From the NCBI GenBank assembly GCA_963578775.1, contig CAUZEG010000003.1, positions 10,057 through 74,056 on the forward strand: 64,000 nt of DNA. Reading direction: 5' to 3'. Each line of letters opens with the position of its first letter. Position 1 is the first letter of the stretch. The notes under the pieces were generated by a model. That model saw nothing but the letters and a program-made list of their open reading frames with translations. It made no database searches and was not told the DNA's origin. Below, piece by piece: positions 37,835 through 48,201 of this stretch. Source of the stretch: Myxococcales bacterium (GTDB taxonomy: Bacteria; Myxococcota_A; UBA9042; UBA3505). The position numbers were made by a program, and so were the translations under genes.

Positions 37835-39460
37835 ATGACAATGGGCCGAAAAACCGATGGGTATGCAGACGTCTGGACGTTGGTAACAACGCCGCTGCGA
37901 ACGATTGCCATCTTGCTGGTCGTGGGTCTTTTCTGGGGGTGTGGGGAAGAGGCTACGAACTTAGACAGCTGGAGCTTTGATACGGCAAACCTCGACATTC
38001 CGCTACCCGATCTGCCTGTGAATGACGGGCCGGATATGGGGGGCGATACCGGTTCCAACGGTCTGCCTACGGGTCCATTGGACCTTTTTGACGCGTTTCA
38101 GCTGCAAGATATCACGACCTTGAACATCGAATGGGATCAAAGCCAGAGTGGCCCCGATCCAAACGATCCAGAACATATCTATCGACTCATTTTTTCCTTT
38201 GAGAGCCAGACCTATATGGGGAAGGTGTGGCGCCATAATGCGCGGCTGTACATTCCCACGGAACAGACCAAGGCGTCTGCGGCGGCCCTGGCTGTTATTC
38301 AGGCCGGTACCATGAGTGAAGCGGTAGACCCAGAGGAAGCTTTCTTTCAGGTCTATGGTCTGGATAGTGCCCGGTTATTGCAGGTTCCGATTCTGGTCAT
38401 TGACGATCTACCGCCCGACGAGTTGTCCATCGATTCCACCGCATATCCTCAACTCGCGATGATTGCGCCACATTGTTTCGATACGCCTCTGGACGAGGTC
38501 CAGTTGGTCGATTGTGGAATTGATTTCGTGTCGAATAGCATGGACTTTTCTATGTGTCCCTTTGCGGCTGGCGCGAGGGTTCTAATCCGCGGCGGTCTGG
38601 CGGCAAAGCAGGTTCTGGGGACGGCATCGGCCATCTGGCCCGAGTTTCCGATGGACACCCTTGAGGCTTCCACCGTCATCTATGGTGGAGAGAGTCTTGT
38701 GGGAGTGTCGGTCCGTCAGGCGATGGTGGTCGATCCCCGGGCTCAGGCCGGGTTCTCGGCCGGGGCGGATATCGGTGATATCGTCCGTTTCGGGGTTCTT
38801 GAAGGGAGTGTCTGGCCGGAGGGGCCCTATTGGCTTTCGCCCGATGCTATCGCCAAATTATCGAATAGTCTCGTTGGCCAGGCGCATATCAAAACCTTTG
38901 ATGTTCGTGCCTTTGCGGCCTCCCTGGCTGGAAAGCGTCTGGCCCTGGCCCGTGGTACTAATGATGAGCGGTTCCCCCTGGGATCTCTTGATCTGTACGG
39001 GCTTGTACTACCCGCCGAGTTGATGCTCCTCTACCTGCCCAATTACGCGGCTGGGATGGATGATCCGGCCATGGTGTCCCTATGGCGGACGGTGATCAAC
39101 CGTCAGGTATTCGGCCTGGAGCCTCCCAAGGTCGTAGCCGAGATCGATGATACATCCGGCACGCCGCTTATCAAGGCGGTCGTAACGGGTTGCCAGGCCA
39201 TCAACGGACTATGTCTTGGGGTGAAAGCGTGGGTAACGACGGTCCATTCCCAGTCCGTGGACTCGGACTTTCGAGATGCGATCTGGAGTGAAGTTCCTAT
39301 GAATCCGTCGGGTGGGGGGAATTTCGTTGGAGTTCTTGATCCCGTGACTCTTCCTTCCCATGCGGCCGTTTATGTACAGGCGACGGATATTCTGGGAAAT
39401 TTGAGTCCGAAGGTCTCGTCGAGGATTCTCTACTTCGGGGCGCCGTACCCCTTGCCTTAA
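37835..39460 (+). CDS. Hypothetical lipoprotein (about 540 aa)
   Basis: Signal with lipobox 'LFWGCG'. No catalytic motif recognised. Confidence 0.5.
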   Translation: MTMGRKTDGYADVWTLVTTPLRTIAILLVVGLFWGCGEEATNLDSWSFDTANLDIPLPDLPVNDGPDMGGDTGSNGLPTGPLDLFDAFQLQDITTLNIEWDQSQSGPDPNDPEHIYRLIFSFESQTYMGKVWRHNARLYIPTEQTKASAAALAVIQAGTMSEAVDPEEAFFQVYGLDSARLLQVPILVIDDLPPDELSIDSTAYPQLAMIAPHCFDTPLDEVQLVDCGIDFVSNSMDFSMCPFAAGARVLIRGGLAAKQVLGTASAIWPEFPMDTLEASTVIYGGESLVGVSVRQAMVVDPRAQAGFSAGADIGDIVRFGVLEGSVWPEGPYWLSPDAIAKLSNSLVGQAHIKTFDVRAFAASLAGKRLALARGTNDERFPLGSLDLYGLVLPAELMLLYLPNYAAGMDDPAMVSLWRTVINRQVFGLEPPKVVAEIDDTSGTPLIKAVVTGCQAINGLCLGVKAWVTTVHSQSVDSDFRDAIWSEVPMNPSGGGNFVGVLDPVTLPSHAAVYVQATDILGNLSPKVSSRILYFGAPYPLP

Positions 39461-39487
39461 GGAATACGAATCCAGGAAAACCTACCT

Positions 39488-40099
39488 ATGGTGGAATCAA
39501 TCCAAGCACCCGAATTTTTTGTTATCGATGTGGAAGCGACCGGCCCGAATCTGATCGTCCACTCGCTTATTGAGATCGGTGTTGTCCATGCAGGAAATAT
39601 GGAGAACACCTTCCATTGTCGTATTAAACCACCCGAGGGCGGAGTCGTAAGTCCGTGGGTGGAGGACACAATCCCAGATGTCCTGGCAGCGGCCAGAGAA
39701 AGTGGCCTCGATCCCAGGGCGGCTGCCGAAGCGCTACAGGAGTGGGTTCGGTCGATTACGAAGGATCGACCGGCCGTTATGGTGGGCTATGTGACGGGTC
39801 TTGATTGGCGCGGGATCTGCGAATTGCTTGAGCGTGAGCTCGGGCCGGACGAGAACCCGTTTCATTATAAACATGTGGACATCTATCCCCTGGCGATGGG
39901 AGCTCTTGGAGTCCCCTGGGGATTCAGCCGAGAGGATCTGGACGGATGGTTGGGGATCGCTCCCCTACCGGAAGGAGAGGCCCATCATGCTTTGAACGAT
40001 GCGCGTCAACACGCCCTGGAGTTCAACGCCCTTGTGGCAATGCTCGGTCCGCGTTGGGCCGCGAGCGCTTTAGGGGTCCCCGACGAAACCGAGTCCTAG
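39488..40099 (+). CDS. DEDDh-family 3'-5' exonuclease (DnaQ-like)
   Basis: Exo I 'FFVIDVEATGP'. Exo III 'HHALNDARQ'. Confidence 0.6.
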   Translation: MVESIQAPEFFVIDVEATGPNLIVHSLIEIGVVHAGNMENTFHCRIKPPEGGVVSPWVEDTIPDVLAAARESGLDPRAAAEALQEWVRSITKDRPAVMVGYVTGLDWRGICELLERELGPDENPFHYKHVDIYPLAMGALGVPWGFSREDLDGWLGIAPLPEGEAHHALNDARQHALEFNALVAMLGPRWAASALGVPDETES

Positions 40100-40113
40100 G
40101 GCATTCGGTAGGA

Positions 40114-40665
40114 TCAACCACCGGACTGCAATGCGCCAAGCAGGGCAGGGAAGTTGTCGCTAAACCGAATTGTGGCCCGCTGAGACGGGGAAAGAAAGCG
40201 GTCTGTGACGGCGCGCTCGAAGAATGCGATCAGATGGTCGTAATAACCATTCCGGTTCAAGAAGCCCAATGGCTTGGAGTGGTAGTTCAGCTGTTGCAGC
40301 GTCGCCACTTCAAAAATCTCATCCAGGGTTCCAAGCCCGCCGGGTAGCGCGACGAAGGCATCGGCGAGTTGTTCCATCTGCTCTTTCCGCTGCCGCATTG
40401 TCTCTACCACGATCATTTTCGTGCATCCGGTATGGGCGAGTTCCCGTTCCTGAAGCCGTTCGGGGATGACTCCTATGACGTGTCCGCCCGCCTCCAACGC
40501 GGCATCGGCCAGCCGTCCCATAAGGCCTACATGCCCGCCACCAAATACGATCTCGATATCTCTCTCGGCCAGTGTGCGCCCGACCTCGGACGCCGCGTCC
40601 AGATAGTCGGTTGGAACCGAGTTGCTTGCCCCACAATAGACCGCAATTCGTTGAATGGTCGCCAT
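40114..40665 (-). CDS. LOG-family protein (cytokinin riboside 5'-monophosphate phosphoribohydrolase-like)
   Basis: 'VYCGAS...FGGGHVGLMG', 'PGGLGTLDE'. 183 aa. Confidence 0.8.
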   Translation of the reverse strand: MATIQRIAVYCGASNSVPTDYLDAASEVGRTLAERDIEIVFGGGHVGLMGRLADAALEAGGHVIGVIPERLQERELAHTGCTKMIVVETMRQRKEQMEQLADAFVALPGGLGTLDEIFEVATLQQLNYHSKPLGFLNRNGYYDHLIAFFERAVTDRFLSPSQRATIRFSDNFPALLGALQSGG

Positions 40666-41337
40666 TTAAGGGGCCTCGAGATTACAGTCTGGAAAGGTGT
40701 CGACATATTTGATCTTGAAGTCGCCGAAGGCCTCTACGACCTCGACCTTGTAGTCGGGGAAATTCTCCACAATCTCCCATTCTCCGGGCTCGTCGGCGAA
40801 ACTGTTTACGAGCTGCACCTCGAAGTCTGGAAAAGCGTCTACAAATTCCACAGTGAAGTCACCGAACGCCTCGACGAACTCAATCTTCCCATAGATCTGA
40901 CAACCGCATCCGGGAGCAAAGATGTCGGGTACGCATTCCAGGCCCCAGGTGGGATCACAACTGCACGTAATGCAGGGCTCCTCCTCGACAGTGACCGGGT
41001 TTCCTCCGCTACATTGCCCCTGCTCGTCGCAGGTCGAATCCGTGGTACAGGCGTCGTCATCGTCGCAAGCCAGCCCCAGGCCAGAGGGGCTACCGCCGCT
41101 GCAGATCCCGCTTAGATCACAGGTCTTGTTGGCATTGCACGGATCCGAATCGTCACAGGGCTCGCCGGGAAGAACCTCCTGCACACAGGCCTGGTTGTCT
41201 CCACAAAGGTCGAGCGTGCAGGGATTGTTGTCGTCGCAGTCGCTATTGGCCTGGCAAGCGGGTTCGTTGGTCGCACCGAGATTGACGGCTTGGCAAGCGA
41301 CCAGGGGAACCAGTAATAGGACAGCGAGACGACGCAT
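40666..41337 (-). CDS. Secreted Cys-rich protein (Myxococcus-type cysteine-rich repeats) with C-terminal periodic F-x-D-F repeats
   Basis: Signal 'LLLVPLVACQ'. About 30 Cys in 'CxxxxDCxDxNxCTxDxC' spacing. Tail 'VEAFGDFTVEFVDAFPDFEV...VEAFGDFKIKYVDTFPDC'. Its ATG overlaps the stop of the M28 gene. Confidence 0.55.
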   Translation of the reverse strand: MRRLAVLLLVPLVACQAVNLGATNEPACQANSDCDDNNPCTLDLCGDNQACVQEVLPGEPCDDSDPCNANKTCDLSGICSGGSPSGLGLACDDDDACTTDSTCDEQGQCSGGNPVTVEEEPCITCSCDPTWGLECVPDIFAPGCGCQIYGKIEFVEAFGDFTVEFVDAFPDFEVQLVNSFADEPGEWEIVENFPDYKVEVVEAFGDFKIKYVDTFPDCNLEAP

Positions 41338-42776
41338 CAACGGACTCCGGTCTGGCTCAAGGTACCAGGCATCTCGGCCAGAACATAGGCCATGGTGGCC
41401 ATGCTGGCGATGCAATGTGAGAACTCGGTTGGGTCGACCTTGTCGAGGGTATCGGCGTGGCTATGATGGTAATTGAAGTAGTCTTTCCCATCGACCCGGA
41501 ACCCCATCAACGGCACATTATAGGGCTTCATTGGACTGATGTCGGCGCCCGAATAACCCTGCTTGATCGCCATGGGCCCAATGCTCTCGAATAGGGGGAG
41601 TAGCTCTTGCAGAGTCTCGGCCGCGACGGTTAGGCGCGCTTTATTTTCCATGTCGATGGAGAATCCGACGGGGTAAAATCCACCCGAGTCCGACTCGATG
41701 GCCGCCACATGTTTGTCCAGCTGGGTGCTATGGTCCTTGGCGTAGGCGCGCCCTCCGGCGAGTCCATTCTCTTCGTTGGTCCACAGTACGACGCGAACGG
41801 TCCGGCGTGGGCGCAGATCCAATTCGCGCAAGATGCGCAGAGCTTCCATGGCCATGACAACCCCGGTGGCGTCGTCGTGGGCACCCTGGCCTACATCCCA
41901 GGAGTCCAAATGACCGCCGATGACGACCACTTCGTCGGGAAGCTCGCGACCTCGAAGTTCCGCGATGACATTTGCGCTCGGTACTTTCCCGCGATTTCTG
42001 GCCGCCATCTTCAGTCGTACGACAACCTTTTGGCCGGAGGCTACCAGCCGGGCGATCATTTCGGCATCTTCTATGGTGATGGCAGCCGCTGGTATCTGTT
42101 TCACGTCTTTGGCGTAGCGTGTGGCTCCCGTATGTGGCGACCGTAGGCTATGGGCTGTCACCGATCGAACCAGTACCCCTTTTGCGCCGTGTTTGGCGGC
42201 CATGCTCGGACCATGGACCCGAAATCGTACGGTGTTGCCATAGCCCGATCCTTTGACGGGATCATAGCTGGGCATGGGGTTGTTGAAGAGGACGATTTTT
42301 CCTTTGGCTCCGGCCCCAAGTTTTTCCAGCTCTTCTTCATTTTGAACGACGACGACCTCGGCTTTCAGCCCGGATCGACGGGTACCTACCGAGCCGCCCA
42401 GCCCCAGCATTACAAGGGGTTCGCGGCGAGGTTTCAGCAGCTCGAGAGATTCCTTTCCACGGACCCAGCGTGGCACCATCACGGGTTCACTGTGGACGTT
42501 TTCCTGCTTGTCGTCGCCGAGCACCTTAAGCGCCCACTGGATGGCCTTATTCAGAGATTTCGAGCCGCTCAGACGGTGGCCGATGCCATCGCAAAGTTGC
42601 TCCAGCCGTTGATAGCCCCGGTTCTCTTTCAGGGTATGGCTGATAATACGGTCGGCCGCAGGCTTCAGGTTTTTTACCCACGGCCGTACGGGTACCGGTT
42701 TTTCCGGCGCAGGCGTTCCTCTGGTTGTGGCGCAGGCTCCAAAAACAACGAGACAACAAAAGATAATGGGGCGCAT
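41337..42776 (-). CDS. M28-family zinc aminopeptidase (with PA domain)
   Basis: Signal peptide. 'VVIGGHLDSWDVGQGAHDDATGV' metal-binding motif. 479 aa. Confidence 0.8.
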   Translation of the reverse strand: MRPIIFCCLVVFGACATTRGTPAPEKPVPVRPWVKNLKPAADRIISHTLKENRGYQRLEQLCDGIGHRLSGSKSLNKAIQWALKVLGDDKQENVHSEPVMVPRWVRGKESLELLKPRREPLVMLGLGGSVGTRRSGLKAEVVVVQNEEELEKLGAGAKGKIVLFNNPMPSYDPVKGSGYGNTVRFRVHGPSMAAKHGAKGVLVRSVTAHSLRSPHTGATRYAKDVKQIPAAAITIEDAEMIARLVASGQKVVVRLKMAARNRGKVPSANVIAELRGRELPDEVVVIGGHLDSWDVGQGAHDDATGVVMAMEALRILRELDLRPRRTVRVVLWTNEENGLAGGRAYAKDHSTQLDKHVAAIESDSGGFYPVGFSIDMENKARLTVAAETLQELLPLFESIGPMAIKQGYSGADISPMKPYNVPLMGFRVDGKDYFNYHHSHADTLDKVDPTEFSHCIASMATMAYVLAEMPGTLSQTGVR

Positions 42777-42793
42777 GATGGTTGTTCCTTTGA

Positions 42794-43243
42794 TCAGAGT
42801 TCGCGCTTGCTTTGCAACAGTAACGTGACCGGACCATTATTGACCAGATGCACGTCCATATCGGCGCCGAAGCGGCCGGTTTCCACGGGAAGACCACGAC
42901 CCCGAAGAAGATCGACGACCTCCGTCACCAACTGTGCGGCACCTTCGGGCTCCATCGCGTGGACGAAGGAGGGGCGCCGGCCTTTGCGACAATCGCCGTA
43001 CAGGGTGAACTGGCTGACTACCAGAACACTGCCGTCGATATCTTCAACCGAGAGGTTCATTTTCCCGTCGTCATCTTCAAAGATCCGCAGTTCCGCAATT
43101 TTCTTTGCGATATATTCCGCGTCCGACGAGTCGTCCTCCTGGCCGCAGCCCAGCAGGACCAGCAAACCGATCCCAATGGTCCCGACGACCGAGCCGTAGA
43201 CTTCTACATTGGCTCCATGAACCCGTTGTACGACGGCACGCAA
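42794..43243 (-). CDS. dtd: D-aminoacyl-tRNA deacylase
   Basis: 'MRAVVQRV', 'SQFTLYGD', 'NGPVT' motifs. 149 aa. Confidence 0.9.
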   Translation of the reverse strand: MRAVVQRVHGANVEVYGSVVGTIGIGLLVLLGCGQEDDSSDAEYIAKKIAELRIFEDDDGKMNLSVEDIDGSVLVVSQFTLYGDCRKGRRPSFVHAMEPEGAAQLVTEVVDLLRGRGLPVETGRFGADMDVHLVNNGPVTLLLQSKREL

Positions 43244-43273
43244 ATCAGGGATCCTCCATCAATAATCGATTGG

Positions 43274-44440
43274 TTACTGCACCATTTCAAAGATGGCGGC
43301 CGCTCCCATTCCCCCGCCGATACACATCGAAACGATTCCGTATCGTCCGTTTCGACGTTTGAGTTCGTGGAGGAGGGTTGCGGTCAACTTAGAGCCGGTT
43401 GCCCCCAGCGGATGTCCCAGGGCGATGGCACCGCCATTTACATTGACCCGGTCCGGATCGAGATGCAGTTCGCGGATACAGGCGATGGCCTGGGCGGCAA
43501 AGGCCTCGTTCAGTTCAATCAGATCGATGTCCTCGAGCTTAAGGCCCGCTTTCTCACAGGCCTTGGGGATCGCCGCGATCGGGCCGATGCCCATGATCTC
43601 CGGAGCGACGCCTTCCACCTGGAATGTCAATAGCCGGGCCATAGGCGTACAACCTGTCTTCTCAAGGCCCGCTTCACTCATTAGAACGACGGCCGCGGCC
43701 CCATCGGTGAGGGGGCTGGAGTTGCCCGGAGTCACGGTCCCACGGACCGAAAAGGAAGGACGGAGCTTGGCAAGAACCTCGAGACTTGTTCCCTCACGAA
43801 TCAGCTCATCCTGGGCCAGGGTACCGGCCTTGCGTTCCCCGTTCTCCGTGAGCTGGTAGTCGATAGGAACAAGTTCATCGCTGAAGCGACCGGCCTTTGT
43901 GGCTGCGACGGCCCGAGCATGGCTCTCCACGGCGAAACTGTCCTGGTCCGTTCGTGAGATCTCGAATTTAGTCGCTACATTCTCGGCCGTGGTGCCCATG
44001 GCGATATAGGCTTCGGGTCGTTCCGTGGCGAGCTCTGGATGACCACTGAAATGAAAGCCGGTCATCGGAACCATCGTCATCGACTCCACTCCACCGGCGA
44101 CCACGATATCATTCCAGCCCGATTGGATGGCCGCAGCCCCCTGGCTGATGGTCTGGACGCCCGATGAGCAGAAGCGATTCACCGTGACCGCCGGAACGCG
44201 GTCGGGGAGCCCGCTATGAAGAGCTGCCAGCCGGGCCAGGTTGAGTCCCTGCGGACCTTCTGGAAAGGCACAGCCCAGAATAAAGTCCTCGATTCCATTC
44301 GGGTCCAGACCGGGCAGAGCCGCTAGATTGCTCTGTACCACGGCTTTGACCATATCTTCCGGGCGCGTCTCCCGGAGTGATCCTTTTTTGGCGCGACCAC
44401 CGGGGGTTCTCTTGGCACTAACAACGTACGCGTGGGACAT
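43274..44440 (-). CDS. fadA: Acetyl-CoA C-acyltransferase (3-ketoacyl-CoA thiolase)
   Basis: Active-site Cys 'NRFCSSGVQ'. C-terminal 'GNSSPLTDGAAA' and 'CIGGGMGAA'. Confidence 0.9.
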   Translation of the reverse strand: MSHAYVVSAKRTPGGRAKKGSLRETRPEDMVKAVVQSNLAALPGLDPNGIEDFILGCAFPEGPQGLNLARLAALHSGLPDRVPAVTVNRFCSSGVQTISQGAAAIQSGWNDIVVAGGVESMTMVPMTGFHFSGHPELATERPEAYIAMGTTAENVATKFEISRTDQDSFAVESHARAVAATKAGRFSDELVPIDYQLTENGERKAGTLAQDELIREGTSLEVLAKLRPSFSVRGTVTPGNSSPLTDGAAAVVLMSEAGLEKTGCTPMARLLTFQVEGVAPEIMGIGPIAAIPKACEKAGLKLEDIDLIELNEAFAAQAIACIRELHLDPDRVNVNGGAIALGHPLGATGSKLTATLLHELKRRNGRYGIVSMCIGGGMGAAAIFEMVQ

Positions 44441-44481
44441 TATGTTCTCTCCTCAAGGGCTGCCATATAGGCACAGTTCGC

Positions 44482-46863
44482 TCAGTTCCGAAGGGGTTTT
44501 CCCTTCATCAACATATGCTCCATTCGCGCCTGGGATTTTTCTTCGCCCAGGAGGGAGAGGAAATTGGCGCGTTCCAGTTCCAGAATATGGTCTTCACTGA
44601 CCTGTGTTCCAGGGGCGACATCTCCCCCACAAAGAACTTCCGCGAGCTTGTTTCCGATCAGCGCATCGTGTTCGCTGATGTAGCCGGACCAGACCATTCC
44701 CTGTATGCCCACCGCGAGGTTGGCGATACCTTCGCGGCCCGGCAACTGAAGTACCGGATCCGGCGATGGTGAATAGCCGGATTTGGCCATACCGATCACC
44801 CTGGCTTTGGCGTGGGACGTAAGATCCATACGGTTCATGGTGATGCCATCCGTGCGACGCATATAGCCGTAGTCGCGCCCTTCGGCGGCACTTTCGGCTA
44901 CCTTGGCCATGCCGATGGCTTCGAAGGCCCTTTGAACATAGGGGAAGGGATCGGCCGTGTTGGGCGCATTTTCCAGAAGGCGAACGAGCACTTCTTTGCA
45001 TCCACCGCCACCGGGGATGAGTCCCACCCCTACCTCTACCAGGCCGTGATAGCATTCAATATGGGCCTGGACCGCATCGGCGCCCAGGCATACTTCGAGA
45101 CCGCCACCCAGGGTTAATCCTTTGGGGGCCGCTACAACCGGTACGGGGGCTTGGCGAAGGGCGAGGTTGGCTTGCTGGAAGTTCCGAATCATGTCTTCCA
45201 ACTGACCCCATTGTTGGCCGCGCGCGCCCATGAGGATGAGCAGCAGATTGGCTCCAACCGAGAAATTCTCGTCGTCGTTCGAGATCACCAGTCCGACGCC
45301 ATCGCGGATAGCGCGATCCACAGCCAGCCCCAGGGTTTTGATGATACTGTCATCGACGGCGTTCATCTTGGAATGGAATTCCAGACCAAAAACCCCGTCG
45401 TCGAGATCGAGGATGGAGGCCGATGTTTCTTTATGGACGAGCTTTCCGTTTCGATGAATGTTGCGCAGGACAATGGCCCCGGGTGACACTTCCGATGGCT
45501 GTCCTGGTTGTAGGCTCGCGGGATCAAGAACGGACTCCTGTCCGTTATCCGCCTGGCTGTAGAAGGAGCCGGGGCCGGCCGCTACCCGGGTCAACAGGTC
45601 CGGCACGTCCACGCCCTCGGCGTTCATCCACTCGATGACCTTATCTACCCCCAGAACGTCGATGGCCTGAAACGGACCGAGATCCCAGTTGAAACCCCAG
45701 CGCATGGCCCGATCGACATCTTCGAAGCGGTCGGCAATTTCGGGGACCAGCCCGGCGGCATAACTCAGGGAGGGTAGAACGAGCTTACGGGCGATCTCGC
45801 CTCCACGATCCTCGGCTGAAAGCATCATAGAGAGACGTTTTCCCGCGTCTTCGACCTTGCGCACACTGCCCGTCGAGTCGAAACGGATCTTCTCCTTGGG
45901 GCCGTACTCCATGGTGTTGATATCCAGGGCCAGGATCTCCGTGCGTCCATCGATTTTGGTCTTTTTGTAGAAGCCCTGACCACCTTTGGAGCCGATCCAG
46001 CCGCTTTCGAGCATTGTCTGGATGTAGTTGGGAACCGAAAAACTGTCTCGCATAGGATCATGGGTCAGGGCTGCATGGCAGTTGTTCATGACGTGCACCA
46101 GAGTATCCAGTCCCACTACGTCGGCGGTCCGGAAGGCTGCACTCTTCGGACGCCCGGTGGGCTGGCCCGCGACGGCGTCGATCTCGGCGACACTGTATCC
46201 AGACTCCAGCATTTTTAAAGCGACAGCCATCCCGAAGACGCCGATCCGATTGGCGATGAAACTCGGGGTATCTTTCGCCCGGACGATCCCCTTACCGAGG
46301 CGGTCCTGACAGAATGTTGCGATACCTTCGACCAGCGAGATATTCGACTCCGGGCCGGGTACGACCTCCAGGAGCCGAAGGTAGCGAGGCGGATTGAAGA
46401 AGTGGGTTATGAAGAAGCGAGACTTCTGGTCCGCCGACATATCCTGCGTAAGTTCATCCAGAGGAATGCCGCTGGTATTGCTTGTGAGCGCCGCATGAGG
46501 AGCCAGATGGGGCGTGATGCGGGCATATAGATTCCTCTTGATGTCGAGGTTTTCGATAATGGCCTCAATGACCCAGTCCGCCTCCGACAGCCGTTCCAGA
46601 TGGTCTTCGAGATTTCCGGCCTGGATCAGGGCCGCCCGATCGGGGTGCATAAATGGCTTTGGCTTATGTTTCAGAGCTTTCGCGATGGCCCCCAGAGCCA
46701 GGGCATTTCGTGCCGACGGATCCGCCGGAAGATTTCCGCTTTTATCTTTGGGGACGATATCGAGCAGATGGACCCGAACACCGGCGTTGGCGAGATGTGC
46801 CGCGATACCGGTTCCCATGACACCGGCCCCGATTACGGCCGCCGTACGCACAGACTTTGTCAT
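44482..46863 (-). CDS. fadN: Multifunctional fatty-acid oxidation protein: N-terminal 3-hydroxyacyl-CoA dehydrogenase plus C-terminal enoyl-CoA hydratase (FadN-type order)
   Basis: Rossmann 'AAVIGAGVMGTGIAAHLANAG' at the N-terminus. Crotonase fold in the C-terminal third. 793 aa. Confidence 0.85.
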   Translation of the reverse strand: MTKSVRTAAVIGAGVMGTGIAAHLANAGVRVHLLDIVPKDKSGNLPADPSARNALALGAIAKALKHKPKPFMHPDRAALIQAGNLEDHLERLSEADWVIEAIIENLDIKRNLYARITPHLAPHAALTSNTSGIPLDELTQDMSADQKSRFFITHFFNPPRYLRLLEVVPGPESNISLVEGIATFCQDRLGKGIVRAKDTPSFIANRIGVFGMAVALKMLESGYSVAEIDAVAGQPTGRPKSAAFRTADVVGLDTLVHVMNNCHAALTHDPMRDSFSVPNYIQTMLESGWIGSKGGQGFYKKTKIDGRTEILALDINTMEYGPKEKIRFDSTGSVRKVEDAGKRLSMMLSAEDRGGEIARKLVLPSLSYAAGLVPEIADRFEDVDRAMRWGFNWDLGPFQAIDVLGVDKVIEWMNAEGVDVPDLLTRVAAGPGSFYSQADNGQESVLDPASLQPGQPSEVSPGAIVLRNIHRNGKLVHKETSASILDLDDGVFGLEFHSKMNAVDDSIIKTLGLAVDRAIRDGVGLVISNDDENFSVGANLLLILMGARGQQWGQLEDMIRNFQQANLALRQAPVPVVAAPKGLTLGGGLEVCLGADAVQAHIECYHGLVEVGVGLIPGGGGCKEVLVRLLENAPNTADPFPYVQRAFEAIGMAKVAESAAEGRDYGYMRRTDGITMNRMDLTSHAKARVIGMAKSGYSPSPDPVLQLPGREGIANLAVGIQGMVWSGYISEHDALIGNKLAEVLCGGDVAPGTQVSEDHILELERANFLSLLGEEKSQARMEHMLMKGKPLRN

Positions 46864-46941
46864 CGTGATGCTCCCTATGATTCGAGGCGTTTCTAAGGGA
46901 TGGTCGGGTCCATGTCAACGCAGTGATGTCCGGTCAAGCCC

Positions 46942-48075
46942 TTATAGCGGCCGGTAGTAGAAGAGCTCGCAGGGGATGGACCCATTCATAAGCTCGGTTT
47001 TGGTGTCGTAGCGCATTCCCGACAGGTTGTGGAGGTCTGGGTTTCCAGACAGGACGAATACATCAGAACCTTTATAGTTGCGGATTGTTTGTCCCAGACG
47101 CCGAAAGAACGACTCGATTTGTTTCCGATTTCCACCGACTCGATTGCCATAGGGTGGGTTGGTGACGATGACGCTCGGCTCTATGCATGGAGGTGCGTTC
47201 AGGAAATCTTCCGCGAGAAACTGAATGTTGGCCGCCACTCCAGCGGCCTTGGCGTTTTTCTTGGCGGCGTCCAGAGTTTTCCGATTCCAATCGGCCGCTC
47301 GGATAATGGGAAGATCCTCTCGTCGGATGCCGGCCAGGGCTTCGGCGCAGAGCTCTCGCCACTGGTCCTTATGCTCGTCGGTACAGCTCGGCCATTTCAA
47401 GAATGCATGTCGTTGATGGAGGCCAGGCGGTCGGTTCTGGGACCAGAGGGCGGCTTCGATAGCCAGGGTTCCGCCGCCGCACATCGGGTCGATGAGGGGG
47501 CGTTTCATATCCCATTCGGTCCAGCGCAGAATGGTGGCCGCCAGACTCTCTTTGAGTGGGGCCTCGACCTGGACGCTGCGATAGCCGCGGCGGTGGAGGC
47601 TCTGGCCGGATACGTCCAGACTGATCCGAGCCCGTCCGCCGGTGAGGTGTACGAACACTGCGACATCGGGTTTCTTGGGGGCTACATCGGGGCGTCGCCC
47701 CTCTTTTTCGCGGATCCGGTCTACGATCGCATCCTTGGTACGCTGGCCGGTGAATACCGTATTCTTCAACTGGGGGGTCATTCCCACCGCGTCGACCGCC
47801 AGGGTCTGCTCGGGACGGATAAGATCTTCCCAATCCAGAGCATGGACACCGTCATACAGCTCGTCAGGGCCGGTGCATGGAAAGGTCTTCAGAGAGAGGA
47901 ATACCCGATGGGCGGTGCGTAGCCATAAGGCGGCCCTCATTCCATCTCGGAATGGGCCTTGAAAGACGACCCCTCCGGAGCGCTTCTCGATGCCGGATAA
48001 CCCGACGTCGGAACACTCGCCGACGAGGATGTTTTCGGCCCCTTGCACACAACTGGCGAAGAAATTTTGATCCAT
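46942..48075 (-). CDS. THUMP-domain class I SAM-dependent RNA methyltransferase (RlmL-like)
   Basis: THUMP N-terminus. 'VTNPPYGNR' catalytic motif. Confidence 0.7.
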   Translation of the reverse strand: MDQNFFASCVQGAENILVGECSDVGLSGIEKRSGGVVFQGPFRDGMRAALWLRTAHRVFLSLKTFPCTGPDELYDGVHALDWEDLIRPEQTLAVDAVGMTPQLKNTVFTGQRTKDAIVDRIREKEGRRPDVAPKKPDVAVFVHLTGGRARISLDVSGQSLHRRGYRSVQVEAPLKESLAATILRWTEWDMKRPLIDPMCGGGTLAIEAALWSQNRPPGLHQRHAFLKWPSCTDEHKDQWRELCAEALAGIRREDLPIIRAADWNRKTLDAAKKNAKAAGVAANIQFLAEDFLNAPPCIEPSVIVTNPPYGNRVGGNRKQIESFFRRLGQTIRNYKGSDVFVLSGNPDLHNLSGMRYDTKTELMNGSIPCELFYYRPL

Positions 48076-48079
48076 AGGG

Positions 48080-48150
48080 TTCTCCGGCGAGGATTCGAAC
48101 CTCGATAACGGGCACCAAAAGCCCGCGTCCTGCCATTAGACGACCGGAGA
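48080..48150 (-). tRNA. tRNA-Gln (anticodon TTG)
   Basis: Manual cloverleaf. Acceptor TCTCCGG/CCGGAGA. Anticodon stem-loop CGGGC-TTTTGGT-GCCCG. T-loop TTCGAAT. Confidence 0.7.
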
Positions 48151-48201
48151 AGACAGCCCAATGGGCGAGGGCTCCCTACATATGGATTCCTTCCGCGGCT
48201 G

